Notes: generated by a model from the sequence alone, not told the origin. A stretch of 64,000 nt of DNA from a virus (IMGVR_UViG_638275429_000001:23740-87739); one strand, 5' to 3'. Shown: positions 28,442 to 36,920, numbered from the stretch's first letter. Translations and numbers: made by a program.

Positions 28442-28756
28442 TTATTTAGATGCTTTCCGAGGACCCTGTTCTTTCCAACACTTCATAAATCGCGTGAAAT
28501 ATGCCGGGATACTATTACACAAAGCCGCGATAAATGCATGATAAGCCTCTGGTGATTCAAAAAGACTAGAGTCGATTTGCTCAGTGTATCGCCCATACGT
28601 GTCGATGTTTTTCTGCATAGCCTTAGCGACTGGATGTCCTTGGCCATACGCGAAACCCATAACAGTCGATGGATTGCTTTGCCAGCTATTTAGGTCCATA
28701 AGAACCTCTTGGGCGGCAAATTCCAATTCCTCTACCATTTCAGATGTGACTTGCAA
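28442..28756 (-). CDS. hypothetical protein (104 aa)
   Basis: ORF. Confidence 0.4.
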   Translation of the reverse strand: MQVTSEMVEELEFAAQEVLMDLNSWQSNPSTVMGFAYGQGHPVAKAMQKNIDTYGRYTEQIDSSLFESPEAYHAFIAALCNSIPAYFTRFMKCWKEQGPRKASK

Positions 28757-28952
28757 ATCCTAGCTCCTTCATTATGTCTTTGACAATTATCGACACTTGT
28801 TGTGTTTCAATGCCGAATTCGTGGTTAAAAACCGCCGGAATTTCGGTTTCGGCTAAATGAATTAGACCGTTTAAACAGAAATCTTCAAATAGTGCGGCCA
28901 CTGCGGGCCGCAAAGTTTCTGGTCTACCTATGATATAACGAGGGTATTCCAT
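28740..28952 (-). CDS. hypothetical protein (70 aa)
   Basis: ORF. Confidence 0.4.
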   Translation of the reverse strand: MEYPRYIIGRPETLRPAVAALFEDFCLNGLIHLAETEIPAVFNHEFGIETQQVSIIVKDIMKELGFASHI

Positions 28953-30160
28953 CAGTTTTCCACCACATGCGGAATAAATCGGGAGTTATTGCCAGTGATT
29001 CGACCATCGTCTTCACGAATACCCAAACCAACAGCATCATCGCCTACCATCCAAACACCGATCATTGGGTAGCAACCATCAAATTCCTGCCACTCAATGT
29101 ACTCTTGAACAATCCGAGGCTCTTCCGCGTAATTGCCATCTGTTGATTCGCTTTCTCCACCATATTCGAAAATATGGACATTACTACCTTCGCGAGAAAG
29201 GAGTGGTTTTGATACCCATTTCGGATTTTCGAATGTAAACAGATTCAGTCGGTCGAAATCATCTTCTTCATATGCAGGGACCAACCATTTGCAATTAGGA
29301 TAACGCTCATAAAGCAGAACCAAGAGTGCTTTATTGGACAGCATCATTTTCCAGGCCGGTTCGATGAACCGTGTACCAGATTTATGAGCATATGCTCCGA
29401 ATTCGTCTTCCATCATCCATTCCCAAGGATAAAGCTTGAAGCAATATTCCATCAGGCGATCTTGTTGATCGTAAAAACGGCCGGCGTCCGACATTTGAAT
29501 TTCGCTGATGTCAAAAACGTTTACCGGAATACCTGCTTCAGCTGCGGTCTCACCGATATAGGCGATAGTCGCGAAATCATCTACTTGTGAGGTGGCAACA
29601 ATGTTAAGGCACCCGTTCAACCCGTTCAACTTCTTCATGTCAGCCCAATGATTCACCAATGACTCATGTATCTCATTGAACTGGTAGTGGTTCGGGAAAT
29701 TATTTTGAGTGAACCAGTTCCACTGTGAAATTGAAGACTCGATGAGAATAGTCGGCGTATCAGCATTGTACTCGAGCATTTTCGGGCCGTCTTTAGTCAT
29801 GATGAAATCGAAGCGACCATAGAAACCCCATTCGTCAGCACTCCAGGAATCGATTATCATCTGTCGGGCATTTTCGGGAATGTTGAACATATCCCAAACC
29901 CGAAGCCGCTGAGCAAATGATGCTTCTTCAAAGAACCAACGAAGTGTGTCGATACACATGCCGTGGAGGGTATTTGCGGCCAACTCCAGCTCTTGTTGTT
30001 CGGCCTTGGTGAATGAATAATAAACCGGCTTCGCCATTGCCTCGGACCAATATGGACCTTCTTCGGTGGTGGTCCACAAGACGCCTTCAGATGTCAATTG
30101 CGGCAACCAATCTTTACGTGCTTCGATAGATAAACGTTTCATTACACTGCCTCCAGGCAC
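28952..30160 (-). CDS. glutathionylspermidine-synthase-like ATP-grasp protein (GspS/YgiC family)
   Basis: 402 aa; LEYNADTPT motif characteristic of GSP_synth family. Confidence 0.5.
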   Translation of the reverse strand: MPGGSVMKRLSIEARKDWLPQLTSEGVLWTTTEEGPYWSEAMAKPVYYSFTKAEQQELELAANTLHGMCIDTLRWFFEEASFAQRLRVWDMFNIPENARQMIIDSWSADEWGFYGRFDFIMTKDGPKMLEYNADTPTILIESSISQWNWFTQNNFPNHYQFNEIHESLVNHWADMKKLNGLNGCLNIVATSQVDDFATIAYIGETAAEAGIPVNVFDISEIQMSDAGRFYDQQDRLMEYCFKLYPWEWMMEDEFGAYAHKSGTRFIEPAWKMMLSNKALLVLLYERYPNCKWLVPAYEEDDFDRLNLFTFENPKWVSKPLLSREGSNVHIFEYGGESESTDGNYAEEPRIVQEYIEWQEFDGCYPMIGVWMVGDDAVGLGIREDDGRITGNNSRFIPHVVEN

Positions 30161-30372
30161 ATTTCAACTTTTTCCCAGTATTCTTGTAAGGTATATGGAC
30201 CTTCGAACATAAGAATTCCGTTATATGGGTTTCCATTATCGTCAATTGAAATATCCATGGAATGAGCACCGTATCGACCGATTTTGGATATTTCAATAAT
30301 GTCACCAACTTTGGCGATATGACATTTATTTATCGGTTTGGTGATTCGATATTTTTGCCCGATATAAATCAT
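30142..30372 (-). CDS. hypothetical protein (76 aa)
   Basis: ORF. Confidence 0.4.
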   Translation of the reverse strand: MIYIGQKYRITKPINKCHIAKVGDIIEISKIGRYGAHSMDISIDDNGNPYNGILMFEGPYTLQEYWEKVEMCLEAV

Positions 30373-30381
30373 GATATTTCC

Positions 30382-30570
30382 TTACGAAAAATAATACGAG
30401 TTGTGCAAACCATGTCCGTTCGCATATCGACGTGCTTCTTCATAGCCGATAACATTTGAAAGCATACGGAAAGTTGTTTTGCGATCGAGGTCATCGGCAC
30501 ACCATTTCAGGTTTTCAAGAAACTTAGCTTTCGCCTCGATACCTTTTTCGCTATCAATTTCAAAAATCAT
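30382..30570 (-). CDS. hypothetical protein (62 aa)
   Basis: directly downstream of PeSL copy; CCAAGGAGTAATTT-ATG. Confidence 0.45.
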   Translation of the reverse strand: MIFEIDSEKGIEAKAKFLENLKWCADDLDRKTTFRMLSNVIGYEEARRYANGHGLHNSYYFS

Positions 30571-30588
30571 AAATTACTCCTTGGCAGA

Positions 30589-30630
30589 TTTGATGGGACC
30601 ATAGTAAACCATAGTCCCATCGTTGTAAAC
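30589..30630 (-). promoter_or_regulatory. PeSL early promoter/stem-loop cassette (canonical copy)
   Basis: tttgatgggaccatagtaaaccatagtcccatcgttgtaaac. Confidence 0.6.
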
Positions 30631-30644
30631 TACTTTTTCAAAAA

Positions 30645-31253
30645 TTAACCGCCAGATGAACCGAAACTGCCGGATTTACCAAAACCACCTTTGGAAGAAA
30701 ATGATGGTTTACTTGACGGAGATGGCTTGGAAAAGCTTCCCGGTGTTTTCGGCGCTGAGAAGGTGTTGGCACCAACTGAACCCTTGGCGGGAGGAACGTA
30801 AGCGCCGCCAGAAGTAACGAACCCGTTTTTGCGATCTTCGGGACGAGCAGGTGCATATACTGGCATCGGGCGACTGTTGTTTGACATCATTTGACCAACG
30901 ATCATGCCAACCATAGCTGGAACAAAAACATCACTGAAACTGCCGTCACTGTTTTGGATCTGTGTGCGATTGCAAATTGCTTCGGTGCCAGATTCACAGG
31001 ATGCTTGATCGTTGAACTTTGGGGCACTGTCAATATGTTCCATTTTAGCCTTGTCGAAGGCTGACTGGCATTGTTCCAGTGAACCGCCGCCCAGTTCTGC
31101 GCATTGTTGAGCCGAAACAGCAGTTACAGTTGGGGTTGCTTCACCGCCGAGACCATTGTAGGTGAAGGTATCATCCGTATTTGCTTGGCCGCAACCGGAA
31201 AGAGCTGCTGATACGAATGCTGCCATTATACCCATTTTAAGTTGTTTTTGCAT
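30645..31253 (-). CDS. lipoprotein with Gly/Ser-rich C-terminal tail (202 aa)
   Basis: lipobox AALSGC after signal peptide; C-terminal SGS/GGF low-complexity region. Confidence 0.55.
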   Translation of the reverse strand: MQKQLKMGIMAAFVSAALSGCGQANTDDTFTYNGLGGEATPTVTAVSAQQCAELGGGSLEQCQSAFDKAKMEHIDSAPKFNDQASCESGTEAICNRTQIQNSDGSFSDVFVPAMVGMIVGQMMSNNSRPMPVYAPARPEDRKNGFVTSGGAYVPPAKGSVGANTFSAPKTPGSFSKPSPSSKPSFSSKGGFGKSGSFGSSGG

Positions 31254-31257
31254 TTAA

Positions 31258-31476
31258 TTAATCCTCGATTTTAAAAGAACCAGCATTCACTGGAGTTTTA
31301 CGACAAACCAGAACTTCTTCACCAGCTGGAGTAAGCGCAGTTGCCATGCCGTTAGGGCAAGCGCGTTCGACTGGATTGTATATCTCATTGCTCGAAAAAG
31401 CAGGAATCGCGATCGCAGCGAGTATAGCAATAATCACAACAACGATCATAAGTTCGATCAGTGTAAAACCTTTCAT
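31258..31476 (-). CDS. type IV pilin / pseudopilin-like protein (72 aa) with class III (prepilin peptidase) signal
   Basis: MKGFTLIELMIVVVIIAILAAIAIPAF = canonical G-F-T-L-I-E N-methylation/cleavage motif plus hydrophobic alpha1 helix. Confidence 0.65.
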   Translation of the reverse strand: MKGFTLIELMIVVVIIAILAAIAIPAFSSNEIYNPVERACPNGMATALTPAGEEVLVCRKTPVNAGSFKIED

Positions 31477-31490
31477 AATATGTTTCCTAT

Positions 31491-31521
31491 CAGATTACTA
31501 AATGGGCTCCCGAAGGAGCCC
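31491..31521 (-). terminator. GC hairpin (GGGCTCCCGAAGGAGCCC) between SPFH and pilin-like genes
   Basis: hairpin + ATTTAGTAAT on minus strand; weak U-tract, may be attenuator. Confidence 0.4.
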
Positions 31522-31529
31522 AGGTTGGA

Positions 31530-32453
31530 TTACTTGGAACGCATGTCCATCAGCATCTGGCCATCGTAACCAGCACCTACGACAGTCTGCGGTACACCAC
31601 CTTGATACTTGTTGGCGCGAATCATTTCAACTTCCAGCTGACGCCATTTGATCATTTCAGGGGTGATAGTTTTCTGCAACAGGGAGTTAGCTTCGGCTTC
31701 TTTACCAGCAGCGTACAGCTTGGCATCAGCATCTCGCTCGTTGGCTACAGCGTTCTGTTCGCGAGCTTCTCGTGCGGCCTCGGCAGTCTTAACTTGTTGC
31801 TGGGCAACCTTTTCAGCCTTGTCCAGGTCAGCTTGCGCTTGGTTTACCGCTTCTTCACGGATTTTGGTTTGCTCAACTTGATCTTGGATCAGCTTAGGCA
31901 GAGTGATTTCCTGCAGGAAAACTTCAACGACTTCGTAACCAAACGGCTTGGAATATTCGTTAACCTCGGATTTGATCAGCTCTTGAAGCATGGATTGTGT
32001 GGTTGCATCACCGAACAGATCTTGAGCTTTCTTGATGTTTTTGCCGGATTCGCGGACAGTACTTTCAAATTTCTTTGCAACGTACTTGTCGATAGCTTGT
32101 CGCTCGGTACCGCCATTGATACGGACAGCCTGCGCCTTGTCACCGTCGAATCGCAACATCAGGGTGATATCTACTGAAGTTTTCAGTTTATCCTGAGAAG
32201 GAACTTGAACGTTGGTGAATTCCATCTTCAGATCGCGAGTTGAATAAGTATCAACAGAAGCCAGAGGGTTGATGACGTTCAAACCAGGTTGCATGATGTT
32301 CGGACTTACTTTACCCAGGAAAGTGGTTGTTGCGACAGAGCCGTCATCAACTACCGCGAAAACGTTTGCTGCGATGATGATTGCACCGGCTACGGCAGCG
32401 CCGATCAGGGTTTGTTTCTTGGTCAGTTTCGGCATTTTGGATTGGTTACGCAT
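31530..32453 (-). CDS. SPFH/Band-7 (HflK/C-, prohibitin-like) membrane protein (307 aa)
   Basis: N-terminal TM segment then SPFH core and long Ala/Glu/Gln-rich coiled-coil. Confidence 0.6.
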   Translation of the reverse strand: MRNQSKMPKLTKKQTLIGAAVAGAIIIAANVFAVVDDGSVATTTFLGKVSPNIMQPGLNVINPLASVDTYSTRDLKMEFTNVQVPSQDKLKTSVDITLMLRFDGDKAQAVRINGGTERQAIDKYVAKKFESTVRESGKNIKKAQDLFGDATTQSMLQELIKSEVNEYSKPFGYEVVEVFLQEITLPKLIQDQVEQTKIREEAVNQAQADLDKAEKVAQQQVKTAEAAREAREQNAVANERDADAKLYAAGKEAEANSLLQKTITPEMIKWRQLEVEMIRANKYQGGVPQTVVGAGYDGQMLMDMRSK

Positions 32454-32468
32454 AGTATTTTCCTTAAA

Positions 32469-32732
32469 TTATGGCTTGGCAGTTACGGTGATTACGGATT
32501 CATTTCGGAATGAGTCAGATTTGGCATCATAACCGAGGCTTCGTAGATAATCTACAATATCTTTTGGCATTATGGCCGGGAATTTGGCAACGTCGAAAGA
32601 TATTTTAAACGATCGTTGGCGTATCATCTCGTCGGCGACAAATTTGCCAACGGGAGCGAGTTTGCGTTTAAGTTCTTCGGTGGCAAATTGCTGGGCCATG
32701 AGTACTTGTGCATAAACATCTGAACTTTTCAT
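32469..32732 (-). CDS. hypothetical protein (87 aa)
   Basis: downstream of PeSL variant 32750-32792. Confidence 0.4.
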   Translation of the reverse strand: MKSSDVYAQVLMAQQFATEELKRKLAPVGKFVADEMIRQRSFKISFDVAKFPAIMPKDIVDYLRSLGYDAKSDSFRNESVITVTAKP

Positions 32733-32749
32733 AATGTTTTTCTCATTTG

Positions 32750-32792
32750 GTTTAACATGAGGCTATTCTATACAAAACAGCCTCATTGTAAA
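32750..32792 (-). promoter_or_regulatory. PeSL-type cassette (variant, gaggctattcta...cagcctcattgtaaac)
   Basis: hairpin + GTTTAC box. Confidence 0.45.
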
Positions 32793-32804
32793 CAACTTTT
32801 TAAT

Positions 32805-33380
32805 TTATTTTTGAATTTTGCCTTCTTTCCAATGGCGACGACAGACCGATATGAAACGGTCATTGCCTCCGATTGAAACACGAGGACCCCAAATCTTTTC
32901 ACCATGTTCATTCATTCGCATGGTCATTGTTGCTTTCTTACCACACCAACAGATAGTCTCATGCTCAACTTTTCGTTCGGCCAATACTAAAAGCTCCGCT
33001 GATGCAGGGAAAAGATGCCCATTTGAGTCAGACAATAAGCCGTAGCACATAACAGGCACATTGATGTAGTCTACAACATCACCTAACTGATGAACCTGAT
33101 CAACCGTGAGGAACTGAGCTTCATCAACGAGAATGCAGTCAATTCCATCTAGCTCGATCAGTTTTTCGCAAAAGGCTTTAAGGTTATCGTCTTGGCTGAT
33201 CATATGCGCTTTTTGCGATATGCCGATACGCGAAGAAACATTATCGCCGTCACGGGTATCAATCGCTGGCTTAAGAATAAGCGGCTTCATGTTCCGCTCC
33301 ATGTAGTTGTACGCTACCTGAAGCAAGTGAGTTGATTTACCTGAATTCATAGCAGCATAATGGAAGTGCAATTTCGCCAT
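32805..33380 (-). CDS. tk: thymidine kinase
   Basis: 191 aa; MAKLHFHYAAMNSGKSTHLLQ (P-loop) and C-terminal zinc-binding cysteines; matches T4 Tk N-terminus. Confidence 0.9.
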   Translation of the reverse strand: MAKLHFHYAAMNSGKSTHLLQVAYNYMERNMKPLILKPAIDTRDGDNVSSRIGISQKAHMISQDDNLKAFCEKLIELDGIDCILVDEAQFLTVDQVHQLGDVVDYINVPVMCYGLLSDSNGHLFPASAELLVLAERKVEHETICWCGKKATMTMRMNEHGEKIWGPRVSIGGNDRFISVCRRHWKEGKIQK

Positions 33381-33853
33381 CAGAATACCCCATTCAGGCG
33401 TTTGTAGATTTCGTAGTTTGTGTGGAAAATGTCTTCAGTGACTTCCGGGCCAAACCAGGTTGGAATTGCTGTGAAATTCAAAGCGTCGTATTCGGATTTG
33501 AATTCGATTTCAGCGTATATTTCGCCGGTTTTCAGAATGTCCAATTCGATGATATGGTGCGAATATCCGGTTGGAATAAACCAGCGTTGCTTGACGATGC
33601 ATTCCGGGTAACCGGCCATCCGATGAATTTCCCATGCTTCATCACGAGAAATAAAGGTCTCAATCTCTTCACGAATAAGACCTAAACCAGTTTTAACGGT
33701 TTTGATAAAGACTTCTTCGCATCCAGCCTCCATAACGCTCCGATAACGAGCACCTTTGTGGTAGAATTGCGCGATATCCTGCTTTCGGTATGTTACATTT
33801 TTCTTAAATGGGAAGACAGGCACAACCCACTTGCGTTCAATTTCAAGCGCCAT
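33380..33853 (-). CDS. CYTH-domain protein (triphosphate tunnel metalloenzyme: class IV adenylate cyclase / triphosphatase-like)
   Basis: starts MALEIERKWVVP - EIERKF/W hallmark of CYTH; stop overlaps tk start. Confidence 0.55.
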   Translation of the reverse strand: MALEIERKWVVPVFPFKKNVTYRKQDIAQFYHKGARYRSVMEAGCEEVFIKTVKTGLGLIREEIETFISRDEAWEIHRMAGYPECIVKQRWFIPTGYSHHIIELDILKTGEIYAEIEFKSEYDALNFTAIPTWFGPEVTEDIFHTNYEIYKRLNGVF

Positions 33854-34175
33854 TATGTTTTCTCCGATAACCGACGGTAACAACTTCGTATTGTTCGACT
33901 TCTTCAGCTTCAACGAATTCACCTTCATTTTCCCAAGGCATTTCGTCTTGACATTCGGTGGCACCGGTGCGATAAGGCGCTCTGAAATTGCGTTTTATCA
34001 TGTCTTTTTCGAATGAGAATACAAAATCGTACTCTACGGTCCATCGGCCCTGATCAATGATGTCATTGACCAATGTCTCATAACTTCCACAGAAATCACT
34101 CGGCACACCTTCGCCGGGCACTATTTCAAATTTTTCACCAATAAGTTCACGCAACAAATGTTTAGGAAATTTCAC
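33843..34175 (-). CDS. hypothetical protein (110 aa)
   Basis: ORF. Confidence 0.4.
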   Translation of the reverse strand: MKFPKHLLRELIGEKFEIVPGEGVPSDFCGSYETLVNDIIDQGRWTVEYDFVFSFEKDMIKRNFRAPYRTGATECQDEMPWENEGEFVEAEEVEQYEVVTVGYRRKHNGA

Positions 34176-34369
34176 GCTATTAATCTCGTTTGGTTGATTA
34201 TAAGTTTACCGCCAACGACTAATTCGAAGTTAACGATTACCTCATCGCCGTCGTCTTTGAATGAATGAACGATTATGTTTTCACATCCATCCCCGAGCAA
34301 TCCAATAAAAGCTTCTTCAAAGACCCGGTTCATCACCGGGCCAGGTTTTTGCCATTTATTTGCTGCCAT
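34172..34369 (-). CDS. hypothetical small protein (start uncertain)
   Basis: ORF trimmed to internal Met to avoid long overlap with macro gene. Confidence 0.3.
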   Translation of the reverse strand: MAANKWQKPGPVMNRVFEEAFIGLLGDGCENIIVHSFKDDGDEVIVNFELVVGGKLIINQTRLIA

Positions 34370-34844
34370 CGAATTCCACCACAGTGATGTCGATGTTAGG
34401 AGTAACCTCGTCAATAATCGCGGAAATCTTACTCCAATCTCCGCGGGCGAGGCCAGCACCGATCATTGGAATACACATTGTCATATTGCTTCCGCCAACA
34501 CTCGTCTCTGCAACCGAATCGTTAAGCATAGTGAAAGTAGACCGGACAGCGTCATATGAAAGCATGTCGGTTGGGTCCCAAAATGTTGCCTGGGTGTACA
34601 TGTTGACGCCGCAGCTGGTACGACCTTCAACGTTTATCAGCGCTGCCTGAATAGTTCCGAGCTTATTGCGGTCGCCGCTAACAGTTTTCAAGTCCATTAC
34701 GTACAATTGAGGAAGTCTTTCACGAACTTCTTTCGCGATGCCGGAACCCATTCGGTTGAAAATGTTGCAACCATGGCCAAAGATGTCATATTTCCCTTCA
34801 AGGAACAGACTGATAGCATTACCCTTAACATATTGAACGATCAT
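34356..34844 (-). CDS. macro domain protein, TARG1/OARD1 (DarG-macro)-type ADP-ribose hydrolase
   Basis: 162 aa; GNAISLFLEG...DIFGHGCNIFNRMGSGIAKEV and MCIPMIGAGLARGDWSKISAIIDEV...IDITVVEF align with human OARD1 motifs (GDLFSCP...CRMGAGIA; MPRIGCGLDRLQWENV..IEEVF..I.I.VY). Confidence 0.65.
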   Translation of the reverse strand: MIVQYVKGNAISLFLEGKYDIFGHGCNIFNRMGSGIAKEVRERLPQLYVMDLKTVSGDRNKLGTIQAALINVEGRTSCGVNMYTQATFWDPTDMLSYDAVRSTFTMLNDSVAETSVGGSNMTMCIPMIGAGLARGDWSKISAIIDEVTPNIDITVVEFDGSK

Positions 34845-35281
34845 AGTGTGAATTCTCCTTTACCTGAAGATGTCGTTATAGACAGAACGTCGCCAATTGG
34901 ATTGAACGTCGGGTTGTCCATACGGCGAATTACAATGGCAGAGCCAGATCGAATGTAATCGACATTCTGAACAATACCGTTCAGACTGATCATTACACGT
35001 TCCGTACCTACCAATATGTTTTTGTCGTCGCGGGCGCCATCGATCAGCCAGTAATCACTGTTGAACACGATGCCTAAGCAATTGTCATATTGCTCGCGGA
35101 CTTCACGGTCGCACGAGGCGGATAGCGCCGATTCGTACGTACCATTCTCGTCAGTGAATTCTTGGATTACACCGGACTTTTGCGGAAAATGAAACATTTC
35201 ATTAACGTTGGCAGTAACTGGAGCAACTGCACTACATCCGTACATCCCGATGGCAATTAGTGTCGCGATTGATTTTTTCAT
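34841..35281 (-). CDS. lipoprotein (146 aa)
   Basis: signal peptide + GMYGC lipobox. Confidence 0.5.
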   Translation of the reverse strand: MKKSIATLIAIGMYGCSAVAPVTANVNEMFHFPQKSGVIQEFTDENGTYESALSASCDREVREQYDNCLGIVFNSDYWLIDGARDDKNILVGTERVMISLNGIVQNVDYIRSGSAIVIRRMDNPTFNPIGDVLSITTSSGKGEFTL

Positions 35282-35304
35282 GATTTTACTCCTTGGCGTG
35301 CAGT

Positions 35305-35532
35305 TTAAACGATGATTTCAAAGAATTTACGTTCGCTCATGAAAATCATGATATAAAAACCTTCAACTTCAATACAGTTTTTATTAGAGTCAACGATCTC
35401 GATAGTACCATCGTTTAGCCGATTTTCCGAAGGCCACCAGTTCATTCCTAAAAATTCAGCAATGACTTTATTTGCCGGCCGGATAGCGATGAATTCACCT
35501 CGACTTATTTTGGATTTGAATCGAACTTTCAT
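35305..35532 (-). CDS. hypothetical protein (75 aa)
   Basis: downstream of PeSL variant 35560-35594. Confidence 0.4.
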   Translation of the reverse strand: MKVRFKSKISRGEFIAIRPANKVIAEFLGMNWWPSENRLNDGTIEIVDSNKNCIEVEGFYIMIFMSERKFFEIIV

Positions 35533-35559
35533 TTTAATTACTCCGTTGTGTTTAACTTG

Positions 35560-35594
35560 AGGCTATAGTAATCCATAGCCTCATAGTTGTAAAC
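35560..35594 (-). promoter_or_regulatory. PeSL-type cassette (variant, gaggctatagtaatccatagcctcatagttgtaaac)
   Basis: same loop (tagtaatcc) as canonical copies with compensatory stem changes. Confidence 0.5.
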
Positions 35595-35596
35595 AT

Positions 35597-36148
35597 TTAT
35601 TTGTAAATGAATTCCATACTTTTAAGACGTTGGTTTTTCGAAAGAACGCGATCAGCATACCCAAGCCCAGCTTTGTAGTTCCAACCAGCGTTGTATGATG
35701 CCAAAGCCAATCGGATGTTGCCTTTTCGAACAGTCAGCCAATAGTGCAATTCGTCCATTGCCCATTCAGCGGAACCGCTTCGCGTTTCGAGGTCCTTTTT
35801 CAGATACCAATGACGAAACGGAATACCTCGTTGGTCCATCTTCTTAACAACAGTTTTGTAAAGATTCTGGAACATACCATAAGCATGGTGTCCTTTCTTT
35901 GAACGACCTGTGTTAAGACCAGCTGAAGATTCTTCCCATGCTATCGCCGCAAACAGAGTACCAAGGTGCCGCTGATTAAGGAAATTCGGGTGATCAACAT
36001 CTCGCTGATTTCCCATAAGGTCGTAACCTTTGCCATAGTAGTAGGCGTATGAAAGATTCGTTTTCTGAGTGTCCGTAAAATCTGGTGCCGACGGACCGGC
36101 AAAAACATGTGAGGTGAAAAGTAGGATTAGTATTGTCAAAAACCTCAT
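35597..36148 (-). CDS. secreted soluble lytic transglycosylase (SLT domain) with signal peptide
   Basis: 183 aa; signal MRFLTILILLFTSHVFA; AIAWEESS (catalytic Glu), GMFQ, ASYNAG SLT motifs. Confidence 0.65.
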   Translation of the reverse strand: MRFLTILILLFTSHVFAGPSAPDFTDTQKTNLSYAYYYGKGYDLMGNQRDVDHPNFLNQRHLGTLFAAIAWEESSAGLNTGRSKKGHHAYGMFQNLYKTVVKKMDQRGIPFRHWYLKKDLETRSGSAEWAMDELHYWLTVRKGNIRLALASYNAGWNYKAGLGYADRVLSKNQRLKSMEFIYK

Positions 36149-36594
36149 AAACCCTCCACTTTGATTACGCGGGTCGTCACATTCGATGATAAACGTCGAC
36201 TATTAACGATAGCCATTCTGCATGTGATCGCGGAACTGTATTCGCCGGATGGTGGTATTTTTGAAGTTGTTAAACCGATCCAGAGGTTGCCATCTGTAAT
36301 CTCCAGACGTATTGGCCTGTATTGCACTTGATCGTCGCGCTTGAGATCCAATGTCGGGGGATATGGCAAAGACATGTGCTCGTCAATCGCATCGAGATGA
36401 TCGTCGATTCGGTTAACTAGCTGTAAAACATAGTCGACGTCGATCTTGCGTATGATCAAATCATCTATGAAGTGGTAGGTGTATTCGAGGTGAAACTTGT
36501 GAGAACCTTGTCTCGTATTACGAGAGGCTTCAATACGACTATTGATTTCTTTAAATTTGTCCTCGAGGACTCTCCTGAGTTTGTAGCGATTCAT
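36145..36594 (-). CDS. hypothetical protein (149 aa)
   Basis: downstream of PeSL variant 36607-36652. Confidence 0.45.
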   Translation of the reverse strand: MNRYKLRRVLEDKFKEINSRIEASRNTRQGSHKFHLEYTYHFIDDLIIRKIDVDYVLQLVNRIDDHLDAIDEHMSLPYPPTLDLKRDDQVQYRPIRLEITDGNLWIGLTTSKIPPSGEYSSAITCRMAIVNSRRLSSNVTTRVIKVEGL

Positions 36595-36606
36595 GATATT
36601 CTCCTA

Positions 36607-36652
36607 TGTTGATTCAGGGTACATTCTATCACGCATTTTTGTGGTTGTAAAC
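36607..36652 (-). promoter_or_regulatory. PeSL-type cassette (degenerate)
   Basis: ...tttttgtggttgtaaac. Confidence 0.35.
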
Positions 36653-36660
36653 ATTGGCGG

Positions 36661-36688
36661 AAAACAAAAATGGGCTCCTAGGAGCCCA
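36661..36688 (-). terminator. Rho-independent terminator
   Basis: minus strand GGGCTCCTAGGAGCCC + ATTTTTGTTTT. Confidence 0.65.
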
Positions 36689-36692
36689 TCAT

Positions 36693-36920
36693 TCAAATTC
36701 CAAGCTTTTCCTTAAGGTTCGCTACGTTACGCGGCACACCGGTAAATCGGTCCAATGTACTTGTATTTACCAACGTTGGCAGAGACCTGATGTGATGTTT
36801 TGCGGTCAGCTCTACGCCTTCGTCGGTGTCGACGTCAACATAGGTGTATTCAACGTTGGCCAGCATCGGTTTAACCATTTTACAGTTTGCGCACCATTCT
36901 GCGCCGAAAAGATAGATCAT
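36693..36920 (-). CDS. thioredoxin/glutaredoxin-like protein (NrdC-like)
   Basis: 75 aa; WCANC redox motif. Confidence 0.6.
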   Translation of the reverse strand: MIYLFGAEWCANCKMVKPMLANVEYTYVDVDTDEGVELTAKHHIRSLPTLVNTSTLDRFTGVPRNVANLKEKLGI

